Positions 50,070 to 64,000 of a DNA stretch of 64,000 nucleotides are shown one piece after another. Numbering within the stretch: the stretch's first letter is position 1; each line of letters starts with the position of its first letter. The stretch is from assembly GCA_036172245.1 (NCBI GenBank), contig JAYWIR010000035.1, positions 186,001-250,000 on the forward strand, read 5' to 3'. The notes below the pieces were generated by a model. The model was given only the letters and a program-made list of their open reading frames with translations. It had not been told where the DNA came from and searched no databases. A program made the translations under genes and the position numbers. Source of the DNA: Raillietiella orientalis (lineage: Eukaryota).

Positions 50070-53000
50070 TCACTGCTGAGTAACTGAATGAGATCTAATG
50101 ACATTGACTCCTGTTAACTTCTGTACAACAGATGGCACTCTGTTCACAATATCCACCACTTCCCCAAATAATTTGGCAGCACCAACTTCTGCTTGACCGC
50201 ATGACACCATCGTCACTTTTTTAGTTTGAGCCAGTGGAGCAGCTACTTCAGCAGCAAGCTGAATGAGAGTCTAGGTAAAATTGTAGTTGCAATAAATTTA
50301 CCTTTGGCAGACACTCCAGCATCATATCTAAAATGGCAGCATCTTTATACTCTTTCCAAGCCTCGGCCTTTTTAAGCATTTGCTCAGCTTCTGCCAATGC
50401 TTTCACTTTTACGGAATGTGCTTCCGCTTCACCTTTCATGAGGATGGATTCAGCTTCTGCATCTGATTCAAGCATTCTTTTGTTCTTTTGGGCTTGTGAA
50501 AGTATTTCCATCCTAAAAGATCGAAGTTTGAAAGCACTTTTGCAGGTTTACTTTACTTGTATTTAGCTGCATCAGCTGGTTGTTTGACAGAGGCCTCCAA
50601 TTCTTTTTCCTTCCTTAAGACTTCCTGTTCTTGAAGCTGTATCTCTTGGTTACGTTCTATTACCTGGATTTGCATCTGCTCTGAACGAATTTTTTTTTGT
50701 ATTTTTGCTGCTTGCAGCTCATAAGCAAATTCTGCTTCGGCATTCTGATTGTTTAATTAGAATCAACTGTTTTGTTTACATTCCCTCCAATGATTCAAAT
50801 AAGCAATACAAAAGAAAATAAATGAAAATTACAATAAAATAAAAAAATTTGCTAGAAGTTACAACAATCAAGTCCATTTAGCTCAAATCACATTTGGCAT
50901 AGATCAAGTAATCACCTTTGTTTGGACTTCTATATCATAAGATGCTTTTTTTAATTCAAAATCCTTCTGAGCTTTGGCAATTTCGATATCATTAATATAT
51001 CTGCAATGCATAAGTTTGCTAATCCAAATTCGGCGCTCAATTCTCTTACTTTGCTGATACACGTTCTTCTTCAGCTAATGCTTCTTTGATACTGGCATCT
51101 CTTCGTGCTTCAGCTTCTCCTATTTTAGCATCTCGTTTAACTTCAGCTGTTCTAGCAAGTCCCAAGGCTTTTAAATATCCCTAAATCTTCACAATTAAGG
51201 AAAAAAAATAAATGAATAGTGCATACTTCATCATCACGAATGTCTTTTAATGTATATGACACTACTGTAATTCCCATGTTCACAAGATCTGAGGAAGCAA
51301 CTTCAAAAACTTGTTTGCTAAACTTTTTTCGGTCCTTATAAATTTCCTAAAATATTCAAACAAATGAAACCTAGCAAAAGACTAGTAGTATGCCAATGAC
51401 AATAAAGCATGGAAGTATATTTCTATCTACCTCTACAGTCATTGAGCCCATGATTGCTCTCTGATGACCTTCTAAAGTTTCTAAACTGATTTGTTGAATT
51501 TCTGTTTCTGTTTTGCCCAAAAACTGCTCACATGCAGCAAGGAGCATTTCTTGGTTCTGACCTTGAATTTTGACCTACGATTTGCAAAAAAACAAAAAAC
51601 AAAACTAGTTAAAGAATAAAAACTGTTTACAAACATGCAAAATACTTCAAAATTTTTGATGCAACAATCACTTATTAAAAAGCACTAAAAACAAGGAAAA
51701 TCGGAAACACCAAGGAATCTTTAGTATTTAATTTTGCTAAATCCACTGCAATTACGAAATATATATTCTTCTTTATTTTTAATTTTTGAAATCACATTTT
51801 TTATCTTTAAATGAATTGCTGTTACTGCTATTACTATGCCTTACCATTTCTTTGGAATATTCTCATTATGTGGAATTTGAAAAATTATAAACCAGGAATA
51901 GAAATGACCTCTACCACTCAATGCAATAAGTCTTGAACATGACAGTTATAACTACAAGAAAAAAAACTTGAAGGAAACAAAGAAATATTATTCTCGTGTA
52001 GGTGCACAGGTAATAGTAAGTCCATATTGAAATTTGGTATTGATAGTGGTATCAACAATGCTTCAATCACAGAAATCGTTTAAAAAATAAAATCCGTGTA
52101 ATCATAATATATGAAATGGGATCTGCATAGAATTGAAATTTTTACCAAGCACATTTGAATGCAATATCAGAAACAACAAACACCTCATTCTCATCCGAAA
52201 GTGAACTTTAAGGCACATATTTTGTAACATGACATGCATCTTAATGGGACAAAACTGAGACTTTCACAGAAGCATATGAACAACCAGCATGAAGAAATGC
52301 AAAATGAACATTTCCTGAAAATTCCCTAAGTTGTTAAGAAACTATTTATAACATATTGAGATTTGGGGACAGAAACTGAAATTTTTGCTTGGTATACTGT
52401 ACACATATTAGTCAATATTTTCACTAGACTACTGAATAAAAAACTGAACCATACCAATTTTTTAAAAACAAGATAGTTACATTAATTAGAACAGAAAATC
52501 TTCACATGTAAAATTACTCTGCAGGGAAAACTTATCCTCCTTTTATAAGCTACAGACACTTTTACAGAGACTGTTCAGAAAGGAAATGTGAAAAAACCTT
52601 CTAATAATGTACATCAAATTTTAAAAATATTGATAAACATATAAATGTAACATAACATTCTTAATATAACATTTATAAATATAATACTACTATTAATCAA
52701 GGCAAAATTTGAAATAAACCTGAATTTTGAAGTATACCTTTAAAAATACAGGATTTTAAATTTTATTCTTAATATTATATTTATAAATGTTTTTTACATC
52801 ATACACAATAAAGCATCCCGATGGACAAACTGGAATACATACTTGAGCAATTCCTGTTACCGAGATTGGAACTCCCTGCATAGTATACACAGATGGGCTT
52901 ACTACTTGCAGAGTCATTGTATTCAATGATATTCTAAAAAATAAAAAATCACATGATAAAAATCTACCCTAATGTGAGGTATGGCTATTTATTCATACAA

Positions 53001-54057
53001 AAACGTTTCTTTTATTTCCAGTTTCTGATTTGTCACAAAGTTTCAATGGAACATCAATGCATTACCAATGCACTAATTAATCACCTATTGATTTTGATTG
53101 AAAAAAACAGCGAGTGATTATGGCTTTAATTTCTGCATCTTATTTTATGGCAACCATATATACCATAAGCTTACTTACATAAGCTTCTAAAACAGTTTAC
53201 GAATAATCTTTTAAATTTTATTTGAATTTTTTTCATAACACGAACATCACTTTATAATCAACAGTGTTCCATCTTCTGATGCTGTTACTTTAGCACTTCT
53301 ATTTAGTTATTTCATTAGGCAATGCACCTTAATAATATTCTGACTGCCATTTACATTGAGTCATGTTACCTTATCCATTGAATCTGATGATTTCAATAAG
53401 AGGTAAATAAACATATTTGTTTTAAATGGTTCGAATACAATATGCATTCAGAATATGGATTTTATATTATTACTTATTTTATTTCAGAATACCAAAGAAG
53501 TAAATATGTGGTTCTAGAGTTTGATTCACTAATTACCATTTCATTGTTATTTTACCTCTCATGAATTATGAAAACAACTAGGTAATACAACTAAACTCTG
53601 CCAAAAAGAAGACACCATAAACTTAGTAACAAACCTACACTTTTGCCCTTTTAAGCATGAATCCTGCAGAAAATTGTACATATCATTATTAATGTTTTTA
53701 TACACATGAAAAAACACTGTATTACAAATCCATGATACTAAAATCATTGAATAAGAAATCATGATTTATTAAACACAACTAATTATACCTTTGCACTTGC
53801 TGAATACATGGCCAAACAAAAGCCCGACCACCCGGTATTAATAGCGGTTTGCTATGGCAACAACCTGCAAACAAATAGAAGATTAATTATGAATAACTCA
53901 ACACTGATTAATAATCACTCTTTCCATGCCTCTTTATTGGAAACCAAAAAGTAACAAGTTCAAAAATATTGCACTTTAATAAATAATGTCAATGTCTGCA
54001 CAAACCTGATACTACTAGAGCTTCATTAGGACCACAAGTAATAAACCCACAGGGCAT
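50070..54057 (-). CDS. FLOT1: Flotillin-1 (SPFH/band-7 family, ~428 aa, 10 exons)
   Basis: Exons 54057-54006, 53864-53789, 52933-52843, 51574-51431, 51346-51227, 51180-51050, 51000-50916, 50744-50557, 50512-50302 and 50258-50070 total 1287 nt in frame. Sequence [53 protein letters not shown]...[27 protein letters not shown]...[41 protein letters not shown] matches the flotillin-1 type. Ala/Glu coiled coil and [12 protein letters not shown] follow. Confidence 0.96.
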
Positions 54058-57000
54058 TTCTGCATTTATAATTTACTTATAAGCGATCAAATATGGGCAT
54101 TATAAGACCTTAATTTTGAGCATGCATGAGATCAAGTTATAGGAGATCATGTTGACAATAAGAGCAAATAGGCCACCTTTCCTAATGCTAAAAGTTTATC
54201 AATAAATTTATGAATGCCTTTGTGAAAACATGAATTTGCATATAACATTGAGTTATATAATTTCAATAAATATGGGGATACACATCAATAACTTCATATT
54301 TTTCAATATTAAATCTTATATTTATTTATACCGCAACATTACTCCATATTGCATTGTTGCCATAACGGATTTCAAAACAAAGAACAAAAATCCCAAATAA
54401 ATGTGTGAATAACTTTGCTTTGAATTAGTCAGAGAATTTATTTTAAAATGTCGTTAGAAATTTGATAAATTTGTGAAAGTATAGACATCAGCATAGATGT
54501 ATGCAATGAAACCAAAGAAACTTGAAACTTTTGCTTTTAAAGTTCCGACTACAAGCACAGTGAGTTTCGTATTTCATTAAATTGTTACAGTGCATGTGAA
54601 GACCCCAAAAGATCTCCTTTGTATCAGAAGTTGGAATATCTGCAAACCATTTCCACTTTAAATAGTTTGAGAATTGTCATAAAAGGTAATCTACTTTTCA
54701 GAGTTGGAATTTTTTTTTATGAAATTTGTGTTCTTTACAAGGAAAGAACTTCATGAGAATTCTGAAAATCCCTACTTTCTACTTTTACACGAAATACAGG
54801 TCATTTATATAACAATCTATCCTTTGTTAAAACAATGTATTTAGGAATGCTATCCAATAGAGCCACATATACATTTTAAAGAATCTAGTATGCTGGATTC
54901 TATTAACCTTCTTGGTATATGGTCGGTCCAGATGTTCATATGATAAACATATAGAATTTTATATTTTTCTTATATTTGGTCCTCACAATATTTGGAATTT
55001 TCTTTTCTGTACTTAATACTGGAATTTTCTCTTTTATTTTCTTAGTCCGAACTCCAAACTCTACAAGCTTCATTTGAAGCAAGTCTACAGTTTGCACTTT
55101 ATGTAAATTATGTTATCTCTGAAAGCGAATTCTTCTAAAATGAAAATTCCTAGTTGCAGTGAAATAAATCTAAGTAATGTGGCGATATAAATAAGCATAA
55201 GATGTGCAAAAATATGATTATAAAGTTATTACGTGTATCCCCATGTTTATTGAAATCGATGCACTAATTCTGTTGCTGCGAATAAAATTGTTCAAGTAAC
55301 AAGAACTCCTAGATTTCGACATAAATTCTGAATGTTAAGAAATCGTTTAAACATTTAGTTTTTTGATGCACTAACCAAAAAAGCGGATGCATTTTTGTAT
55401 CTTGATTGCATGACTCTATGGCTCAAAAAAAATATTCAGAACATGTGTCCATAGCTTTAAATATTTCAAACATATTCCAAACGATGGATACATTCCTTTG
55501 AGTAAATGATACAAGCAAACTGAGTTAATTTGATTACTCTGAATAAAGTTTAACTTGATTTCCCTTAAAATACTGCACTTAATAGCGTGAAACAAATGAA
55601 CAGCAGTTAACCTAGTTATTGAATTTCCAATCTTGACTTTTTGTCAAAAATTGTCAGTCATTATGGTATTGTTATAGATTCTTTTCCTAAGTAACATTTC
55701 TTGCATTAACTTTTAATTTCTTTGAATCTTTACTAAGAGCTTTAACATTCCATCAACTTTGTAAACAATATTAGACATTTCTCCAATAACTAATTCTCCA
55801 CCATTTCGGTAATTGTGGTATGCATTCACCTCTGTGTCTTCGTTTAGGCTTGTTTCGAACTGTTTGGTATGCATTCATTACCTATGCTCCCATAAACTCA
55901 TTTGTATGTCTTTCCCTCTTAACTACCTACAAAGCAGCATGTGTAGCTGTTGTCTGCTTTGTGTGTGCGACCAAAGTGTCCAGGAAATACCCTAAGATGC
56001 CAAAGGACCCTGCTTGAGATGCCGTCGTCGCTGCGGGGCGCCTACCCTTCCCCTTCCCCCCCACTCGCCGACAGGAGGACCTCGTGGATCTGCAGCTTCC
56101 CAGCGATGACACGTGTGCGCGCCCCACTCCGAAAGGACCGAAGTGGTCAGCGGGCTAATAAGCATGCCATGGCATCCCACCACGTGGACTTCCGGTTCTG
56201 AGACTGGGAAGGCACGAAGGCGCTTCCCACAGGCTCTACGTGGCTGTTGTGTGTACGCACAGCCTCGAAGTGGGAGAGAAAGGACAGGACAAGGAGGAAA
56301 GGGACGTGCACGTCCCTACTACTGGCAGGTGCCCTGGATCCTGAAACCTATTGAAAGGGATGGAGACGGGTGTGCTGAGGTCTCCTGCCCTTTCGTTTCC
56401 TGCGCTTTCCTCTCCCGTGTTGCCAGGAGACGGTTGCCCGAAAGACGTCTGTTCCGTACGCACTCCCTGGTGGCGCCGCCGTAGTCCTGTCCAAGACGCG
56501 TGCGTCTCCTCCACTCAATCCGTGTGCGCTGGTCAGCGTGCTAGCCGGGGAACGAAATGACGGGATGCGTTTTCATGACCCCGCTTCCCAGCAATCGCAA
56601 AGGGACGCGTTCCTCTGCCGAGGTGCGTGGTTTCAGGGTCCCGCGGACTGCCAACTCCGGGAGGAGGAAGAGGCAGTTCCAGCCTTCGCTGTCTCTGCTG
56701 GCATTGCCAAACGTGTGCAGCGGGAGCCGGGAACAGGAAATGATGGGGGCGCCACCGCCTCTGCCGCGAGCTTCCCGCAAGAAGCGCCCAAAATGTAGCC
56801 AACGACCACGGCGCCCAATGCGACCAGTCGCTGAGCTCCCGGGAATGATCGGGCGAGGGGAGATCTTCCTTCCTTTCGTCGAAGCACGCTGGATGCCATA
56901 ACGGGTGTGCAGAAATTGGAGGAACTCACACAACTCGAGTCTGGGAGCCTTCCCGCTAGGGATGAGTGAGACAGCCCTGAGAAATCCACCTCGTCCGGGC

Positions 57001-60000
57001 TCGTTCTCGACCAGGTCCTTCGCAGCCTCAAGCACGGTGCGAACGAGTTGTCATAGGAGGGTTCTGCGACACAGCTTGCCAGTACCAGCAAACACACGGT
57101 TCGGTTGCGACCTACACTACGAGTGGGTGGACCACTCAGCACCACGCATCCTGCGCCAACGCAGGAACCACCCGCCAAAAAGCGCCGAACTCCCTTCGCG
57201 AGCTGTTTCGGCCGTCGGCCCCCACGTCGCGAAGACGCAAAGCGTCCACGGGGCGCGAGCGCGTACCGGCAGGACGCGCTCGCGCCTGCCGGTACGCTCT
57301 CCAAATAAAGAGTCCTTTGGGGATCCAGAACTGCAGCTCGGTGCATGCGCATGTGTGCGAACCGCCATTGTTGTTGCTTCAGAGGTCGCGCTCATCCCGA
57401 CACCCGCCGCTTCGACTCTGAGTGCGTGCAGGAACAAGCACAGTCCAGATGGCTGGACGGAAGCTCCCGGCTCAGCGTTTCCGTCCGATGGATCACGTGA
57501 CCCGGTTTCGGCAGACTGGTGTCTCGTTGAGAGAGGTCGGGCTCTCTCGACGAGACACGCGGAGTGCAGGGATGACACCGCCGCATATCCTCTCCTCCTG
57601 CCTGCCTTGTGCTATCCTAGGCAAATGCTAAACCTAAGGGCGGGTGCAAGGCGTTTGCCAGACGACACGCAGCAGCAGAGCGGTCACGAGGTCCCTCCTT
57701 ACCCCCACGCATGCGTCCACGTCCTCCCTTGCACCCTGAACGAGGTCACCAGAGGAAAAGGACTCCACCTGCTCCCTCCCTACTGCGCTGAGCGCAGTCT
57801 TGGACTGATTCATACCCCCCCTCCCCGAGTTGAATGCAGTCCAGCTCCGAGAAGCATAGCTGCTGTCGATGCTCAAGGACGCTTGAGGGCATGTCGGCAA
57901 GGGAAGACAGACCACACCGACTAATCTGCCACAACACCTGCCCTTTGAAGGATGAGGAAGGCAACATGGTTATCTCCGCTTCCGCCTCGTCTCCATTTAA
58001 AGGGGAGAGGTAGCACCGCTGCTGAATGTGTTAACTCTTCCCTCTCCCTCCTTGACCTTTAAACGTGGGTTTTGACTTTATTTTTTCTCCGCCACGTGGG
58101 AAGGTGGGTGCATTCAAGATGTGGCGCACGACGCCCACTGAGATAGCTTGTCAGGACTCTTGGATCCTGCTCGGTACGCAGCTACCCGCCAGACCTACCT
58201 CCTCTCCAGGTCGCGAAGAGGCAAGTCTTCTGCGAGCAGGGCAGAGGGGGCTGAGAAATCCTTGGCATAAGCTGCATCAACTTCCAGCCTCCTGCTCATC
58301 CTCCTCGTTTCGAAGTCGCTTCCCAGGAAGAGAGAGCAAGTTGTAGGACAACCTGAGAGGCTCCTCTTGAAAAATTCCTTATTTTCTTTGAGCTTCTGGA
58401 GCTTCAAGGCGACAGTAGAGAACTTACAGCTTTCTTCTTTCAGTCTATGCGGCCGCCGGCGCTTGGCAGGAAGGCATTGAGAGGGAGAGAGAGGACGCGA
58501 TCTCATCTCGGCGCGATCGAGGCTCTTTAGAGGGAGTCGCGATCGCACCGAGATGGCGGTTTCCGTACAGCCAGCCACGAGAGGGCTCCAGCATGCGCCA
58601 ACCACGCTTCAACGCAGCTTAGAGACTGACATTTCATCGCCAGGCTAACCTCCCTCGAGAAAAACTCTCTCAGGGCAGCCGGGAGCGGAGAAAGTCGTTA
58701 GGGCCAACCTCATCCTGCAGGATTGGGAGGGAGAGGGGGGGCAGAAAGAGAACAGATGGAACGCACCCAACGGCCGTCCATGTCCCTCCAAGGGACAGTG
58801 GACTCGACGCGAGCAGAACGCTAGCAATGCTGCGACAAAGGCAAGACGCAACGTACCAGACCAACGATCTTCGTTCTGAGAAGCTCTGACAAACTGTAGC
58901 CGCGTAGAACGCACAGCTTGGGAACGAGGCCAATTCGACTTCTTTAGAGAAGGATAAAATCACGAGTCTCCTGAGTAGACAGGCACCGTCTGACCCCCCC
59001 CAGGCGCTGCACCACCCCGTCCTCAACGATATGAGTTAACCTTGAACTCAGCCTGCAGGAATCGCACCCTACTTGGAGCTGTCATCGAACGCTTCTCGTG
59101 CTCGAGGCAACTCCCCGAAGAAGCAGAGCCTCGACCCTCCGTCCCCTTCCAGTCTCCAGCAACGAGGGCCACCAATACCAATGACAAACATATATGGAGC
59201 AGAACTTAAGTGCCCAGCCTCGGATGCAAGCAAGGTGTCCTACATGTTAAGCAAACACAGATGTTTCAGGGAAGGGAAGGGGCGAACGAATCTCCTCAGA
59301 CACAGACAGAAACCCTCCGCAAGTGCAATGCGGCGCAGCTGGGTTTCAGATCAGGTGAAGGAACTCTATGCCCTCTCCCACTCCACGGGCGCGGCATCAC
59401 TTGCAATCAAGCCATCCAAGGAGATCCCATGCAGATTAATTGGCACCGCAAAGCATACCGAAAGCGGTGAACCTGAGACGACCCATGACGGTCTATGGAC
59501 CCGTCGGCAACAGCATCTGACACCCTTTCGAAAGATACCTTCAAGTCCAGCAGACGTGCCTCGCGAGATTGTGGAATTCCACCTTGCAGGTCTACGCCTT
59601 CATCTACGTTCTCTTGTGAGACTAAGGAGCGAGAGCAATATCGGGAGGGGTGCCGGAAGACAGAAAGCATCGATGAAAACGATCCCTGCTTGCATCTCAG
59701 TTTCCTTTATGGGAAGGGAGGATAAAGACTGATACAGATATGGCCGGTCATCACTGACAGACCATATCCTCGAAGTAGCCCATACTTTCGTAGCACGCAG
59801 TATGGCCACTGCGGTCAACAGCTATGCTAGTGTATCGATCGGTTGAACTGTCGTACTGCGGCTCCCTGCCGGAATGACCTGTAGTTAAGAGGGATATCCC
59901 AAGAACGCAGTAATGCGTGCCGTTTCGCACTCCCAACGCTTCAGCCGTGCTCACTCCTGGCTATAGGAGCGGGGCATACGGAAGAACCTCCACGGTGCCA

Positions 60001-60537
60001 ACTGCAGGTTCACTCAAAACTTCGGCAAAACGACACAACCTTCTCTGTCCTCGTAAAACAGGCAGTGCTCCAGGCCGGAGTCTACACACCGGATTTAAAG
60101 AGACACCTACACCGTACCACAGACACGCCCGTGCCTGGGATTGTCACACTGACACTAGCTCAAAGCGGTGAAAACTATTACTTTCGATTCTGGACGAGGA
60201 AGCATTTTGTGCAGAGAGGGAAAATGTTATGCTGAAACGCAGGGACGCAATTTTGTACCTTGGTCGTACTCAAGATCCAAACAAAAAAAACCCAACACCC
60301 ACAATGAACTGGAGCTTCGAATTTTATGCGAACATTTACATAGGTTTATTGCATATGAAAGTAACTACACTTTTATCACAATTTTAATGAAACAAAAATA
60401 ATGGTTTTCCACTAATATCGTATGAAACAAAACTTATTTTCAACTTTGTGGATTTTTTTAAGGTATGTACACAAAGGTTGACAAACATTGGTTTGTCTTT
60501 TTTTAAACTGCAACAAAGGAACCTTAAAAACCATGCT

Positions 60538-63046
60538 TCACAAATAGTAGAGTTTGTTTGCAAGGTCATTAGCTGGTTCTGTGTGCAATGATTGCCCCAC
60601 AAGAAAAGACAACTTGTGAGCATACTGACATGGTGCAGGTACACGAATGCTCCCAGGCCAGTTGTAGTAGAGATGGGTTAATTTGTAAGTGAATTTCTGC
60701 AGATCGCTAATCTTCACGTTGGCCTCATTTGTAAGAATGTGATAATGCGTGGGAGCAACAGTTCCCTGACGTACAGATTGCGAGACCAAATAAAAGTCTG
60801 TCCTGTAAACAAAACATGTAAACAAGTAAGTATAAAACAAAATTTACCATTCGGGATTTGTTACATGATCATCTACAATGGTGCCAGAAGGAGGATTGAA
60901 GACTCTTCCATTGGCTACTGCAAAAAACCGAGTTGTGACTCGTTTTGTGAGGACGATAAACGCGAATCCTGCGGAAACTTTTAAACCACGAAGGGTTTCC
61001 TTAATTGTATCCACTTCATGGTCGACAACATAACGCAATTGTCCTTCACCGACTCCATCACGATACACAAATATACGAGTCGGCATTGCCTTATTAAGAT
61101 CAAAATAAGCTTTCAATCCTTTAGTGATAGCTGAACTGAACTGAGAAGTTAATTCTTCCTGACTTTCGTGAAAGATGGCTGTAGAATAATACTTTGTCAA
61201 ATTGTCATTAAGGGAGCAAACCACAGCTCCAACACTTCGTCCACGACGAACGGAATCGTGGTAAGCATCATAGCCAACAACCATCACTTGTTTTGCAGGC
61301 ACTTTTAAGTGGTAAAGTTCCCCTCCCAATTTACAATTCAATTGCAAGGCAATTTTTGTACAAATGCTCATGGCATTACGCTGCAAGGAACGGGTGACAA
61401 CCACTTGACTTGGAACTGGTGAATCTACACAACAGATTTTTTTAATAGCATCATAACGATCACGGCGACTATTTGGTACTAAACAAACAACCAATTGTAC
61501 ATGATATGATATACTCTGCCTCAAGGCACTTGCGTATGTGGGGACTTGATCATTTTGCAATCTCATCAACCGTGGTCGACTGACTGACATTGCAAGAGGA
61601 GCCGAGACTTTAGTGAGATTCATAAGGAACTGATCCGCTGCTTGCTGTTGAGTTCCTGGATACAACACCACCCACTCACGCAGTTGAACAGCAAAATCTA
61701 ACTTGTGACTACGTACATCCTTTGACCATTCCACATTATGCTGCTGATATTCATAAGTTATACTGTGTTGATAAATGGTTTCATTTGGTAATACACGTCC
61801 TTTAATTTCCAACAATCGTTCGGAAAATCCCAAACCCCAATCCTTGAAGTCTTGTCTAACTTGAGGGTTGTGACTCAATTGAGAGCCTAGTTTCTTTGTT
61901 GCATCCATGCGTCCATCTGGTCCCAAACGTGTGAATTCAGCCATTTTTTTCATTAAATGAAAATTATTCCGCATCTCATCATCTAATCCGGTCATCACAC
62001 AAAGTTCAGGCACTAGATAAATGGGTCCAATCTGGCCAGCTCGCACCTCTCTTTTCTTGGGTTTGTTGATTATTAAGGGTTGATCCATGTGCATTATTTT
62101 TGCATTGTATGTGCTGGCATAGTAAGCACAATAAGTGATTTCTTTATCTCCTTTTAGAAAAGTCATAGTAGGATTTTTGTTCCAATCTATATCATCAATA
62201 CGATATGTTCGATTATTGTAAAATGTCATGATGATAGCACCAAGCAAATGCTGAGAACATTTCTCTTTATAGGTTCGTCGATCTTCCTCCATATAGTGGA
62301 AGATTATATTAAGCACAGTATCCAAACGAACTACTTTATGGGTTATAGCAGCACACATTAGAATACTATTCTCTTTTTGCTGTATAGCTGTGGAGTACCC
62401 AGGAAATAATTTAATCCTATACAAAGGGGAAAATCACTTTCTAATATTTATGAATTTAAATTCTACCTGAATTCTGGAATGTGGTGAACATGTTTATCAT
62501 CAAAATAATTTCGTCCAATTAAATTGTACCCAAGATTTGACATGCTTTTGCGCACAAGCAAACCAAAAATCTGCATCATTTGATAATCAAATTTCGATAG
62601 TTCATTTGTCAGCTTGACAATAATCTGTACTTTAGAACCATCTGCTCTTTCAGAATATAATTCCATAGGTTCTTTTTCCAATTTATGGGCCATGAACAAC
62701 ATGGTACCATCAAAAATGTAGGCAGGGCCTAAAGTTTCCTTATGCACTCCAACCAGTGCTTTGCACTCTCTGGAAGTCTCTATCACAGGATTGAAGCTTA
62801 CGTGATACTGGTAGATGTGCCAATTTACACGATTTTGTAATTTAAAAAAATTTGTTTGCAAAACTATAGGATCTCCACCGACACCTAGAACAAATCTTAA
62901 TAAATCTTTACTACAATTAGTGATCCAACCTTGCTTGCTATCTGCGCTGGGTTGACGTGTTGCAACCAAATCATTAAAGTCACGCCTGAATCGTGATGTA
63001 CCCCTTCCTACAGATGTTCCAGACCTCATAACATCACCTATGGCAC
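60538..63046 (-). CDS. piwi: Piwi-clade Argonaute (Piwi/Aubergine-like), 5'-incomplete; N, PAZ, MID and PIWI domains
   Basis: Exons 63046-62930, 62884-62467, 62416-60848 and 60802-60538 (~789 codons visible). [16 protein letters not shown]...[95 protein letters not shown], terminal LYYL. The first visible exon starts at an acceptor, so the start codon lies further upstream, probably beyond the window. Confidence 0.95.
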
Positions 63047-64000
63047 CTACAATTACAGTAAACATTTAATTTTAATGCTATCTAAGTGGACCGAAGTCAT
63101 AGTCGCATCAAAGTTTGCAACACAAAGCCAAAAACATAGTACATTGAAAACATTCATCCCTGTATTCATGAATCTAACTTGCAATCCAGAAATGCTATTG
63201 CACTTTCCAATGCTGCATTTTTACAAGAAAGCAAAACATTGAATGTATCGACATTGATTTATCAAAAACTCAAACTTTACAGATGAAACATGTCCTTTTT
63301 TAAGTAATAGTTCAAGCCGACTGATTTAACATAAGCTTTTCACAAAATGCTCAGCTAATTTAGAAAATTACACGCAATCTTCGCATTTAATATACACTTG
63401 ATAATCTTTAAAAATACTAACAGAGAATTCTGCTTAATAATCAGCAAATTTCAAGTAATGCACACTTCTATACAATAAATTTTGCAAAACTTTCTTAACG
63501 TTTCCAACACTTTGGTTATCCTCAGTTACAGGTGCTAAAGAAACTGAAGCACAGTACCCCTAAACAACTACCATTTTCCGAATTTTGAAAGTTGTAGTTT
63601 CAGAATTTTGAAGCACCTCAGACTTCAGAGAATTACCAAATTCGAACTCGGAACAAGATAAATGCTGACTTAGCATACTCATCTACAAAGCACTCCGAAC
63701 TTACCAAGGTCACGTGGGTGTGATCTTCCAACTCCAGAAGACTCCTCAACTTCCATCTTTTACAAACAAAGATAGGACAGACTCCAAGGGAGGGCCTAGA
63801 AACTAGTAGAGAACCTTCATCAGAAGCATGGCTCATGGAATTCCCCACAATCACAATCGCTGCGACCCCAGGTTTCAGCTCTGGCCCCCTCCCCCGAAAG
63901 CTTTCTTTCCCCGGGATCACAAGGCACCACCGACGACCCCCACTGCAGAACCACACCACGCACCATCCTCAGCTTGCACATGTTGGCTACCGAATGGAAC

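Noticed and set aside
59885..59940. DIP..FRTP / GYP-like fragments suggesting Gypsy or Penelope reverse transcriptase
   Set aside because: Isolated short matches interrupted by stops, with no YxDD or other RT motifs nearby.
63633..63959. ORF 63633..63959 (-) as the Piwi first exon
   Set aside because: It lacks the RG/RA-repeat character typical of Piwi N-termini and I could not identify a convincing phase-1 donor. It is more likely intronic.

Overview
Eukaryotic (invertebrate, probably arthropod-like) nuclear DNA with five spliced protein-coding genes reconstructed by hand. They are a LIM-homeobox gene of the Arrowhead/Lhx6-8 class (+, ~1.4-20.3 kb, with a 14.7-kb intron splitting the homeobox), TBC1D13 (-, 21735-25151), PPM1D/Wip1 (+, 27347-29535), flotillin-1 (-, 50070-54057) and a 5'-incomplete Piwi/Aubergine-clade Argonaute (-, 60538->63046). 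Most introns are tiny (40-52 nt). Base composition is strongly mosaic: GC/CpG-rich blocks alternate with AT-rich, CpG-poor housekeeping genes. The most notable unexplained structures are (1) a ~445-bp inverted repeat pair with a perfectly identical 224-bp core inside the giant homeobox intron, (2) an isolated, highly self-complementary ~310-bp GC-rich island at 46.6-46.9 kb that looks like an unannotated structured RNA or SINE/ribozyme-like element, (3) a perfect 22-bp hairpin between two convergent polyA signals, and (4) repeated use of AAG acceptors in preference to nearby CAGs. About 20 kb (29.7-50 kb) and the 55.8-60.2 kb block contain no gene I can identify. Exon coordinates are manual and need RNA-seq confirmation.
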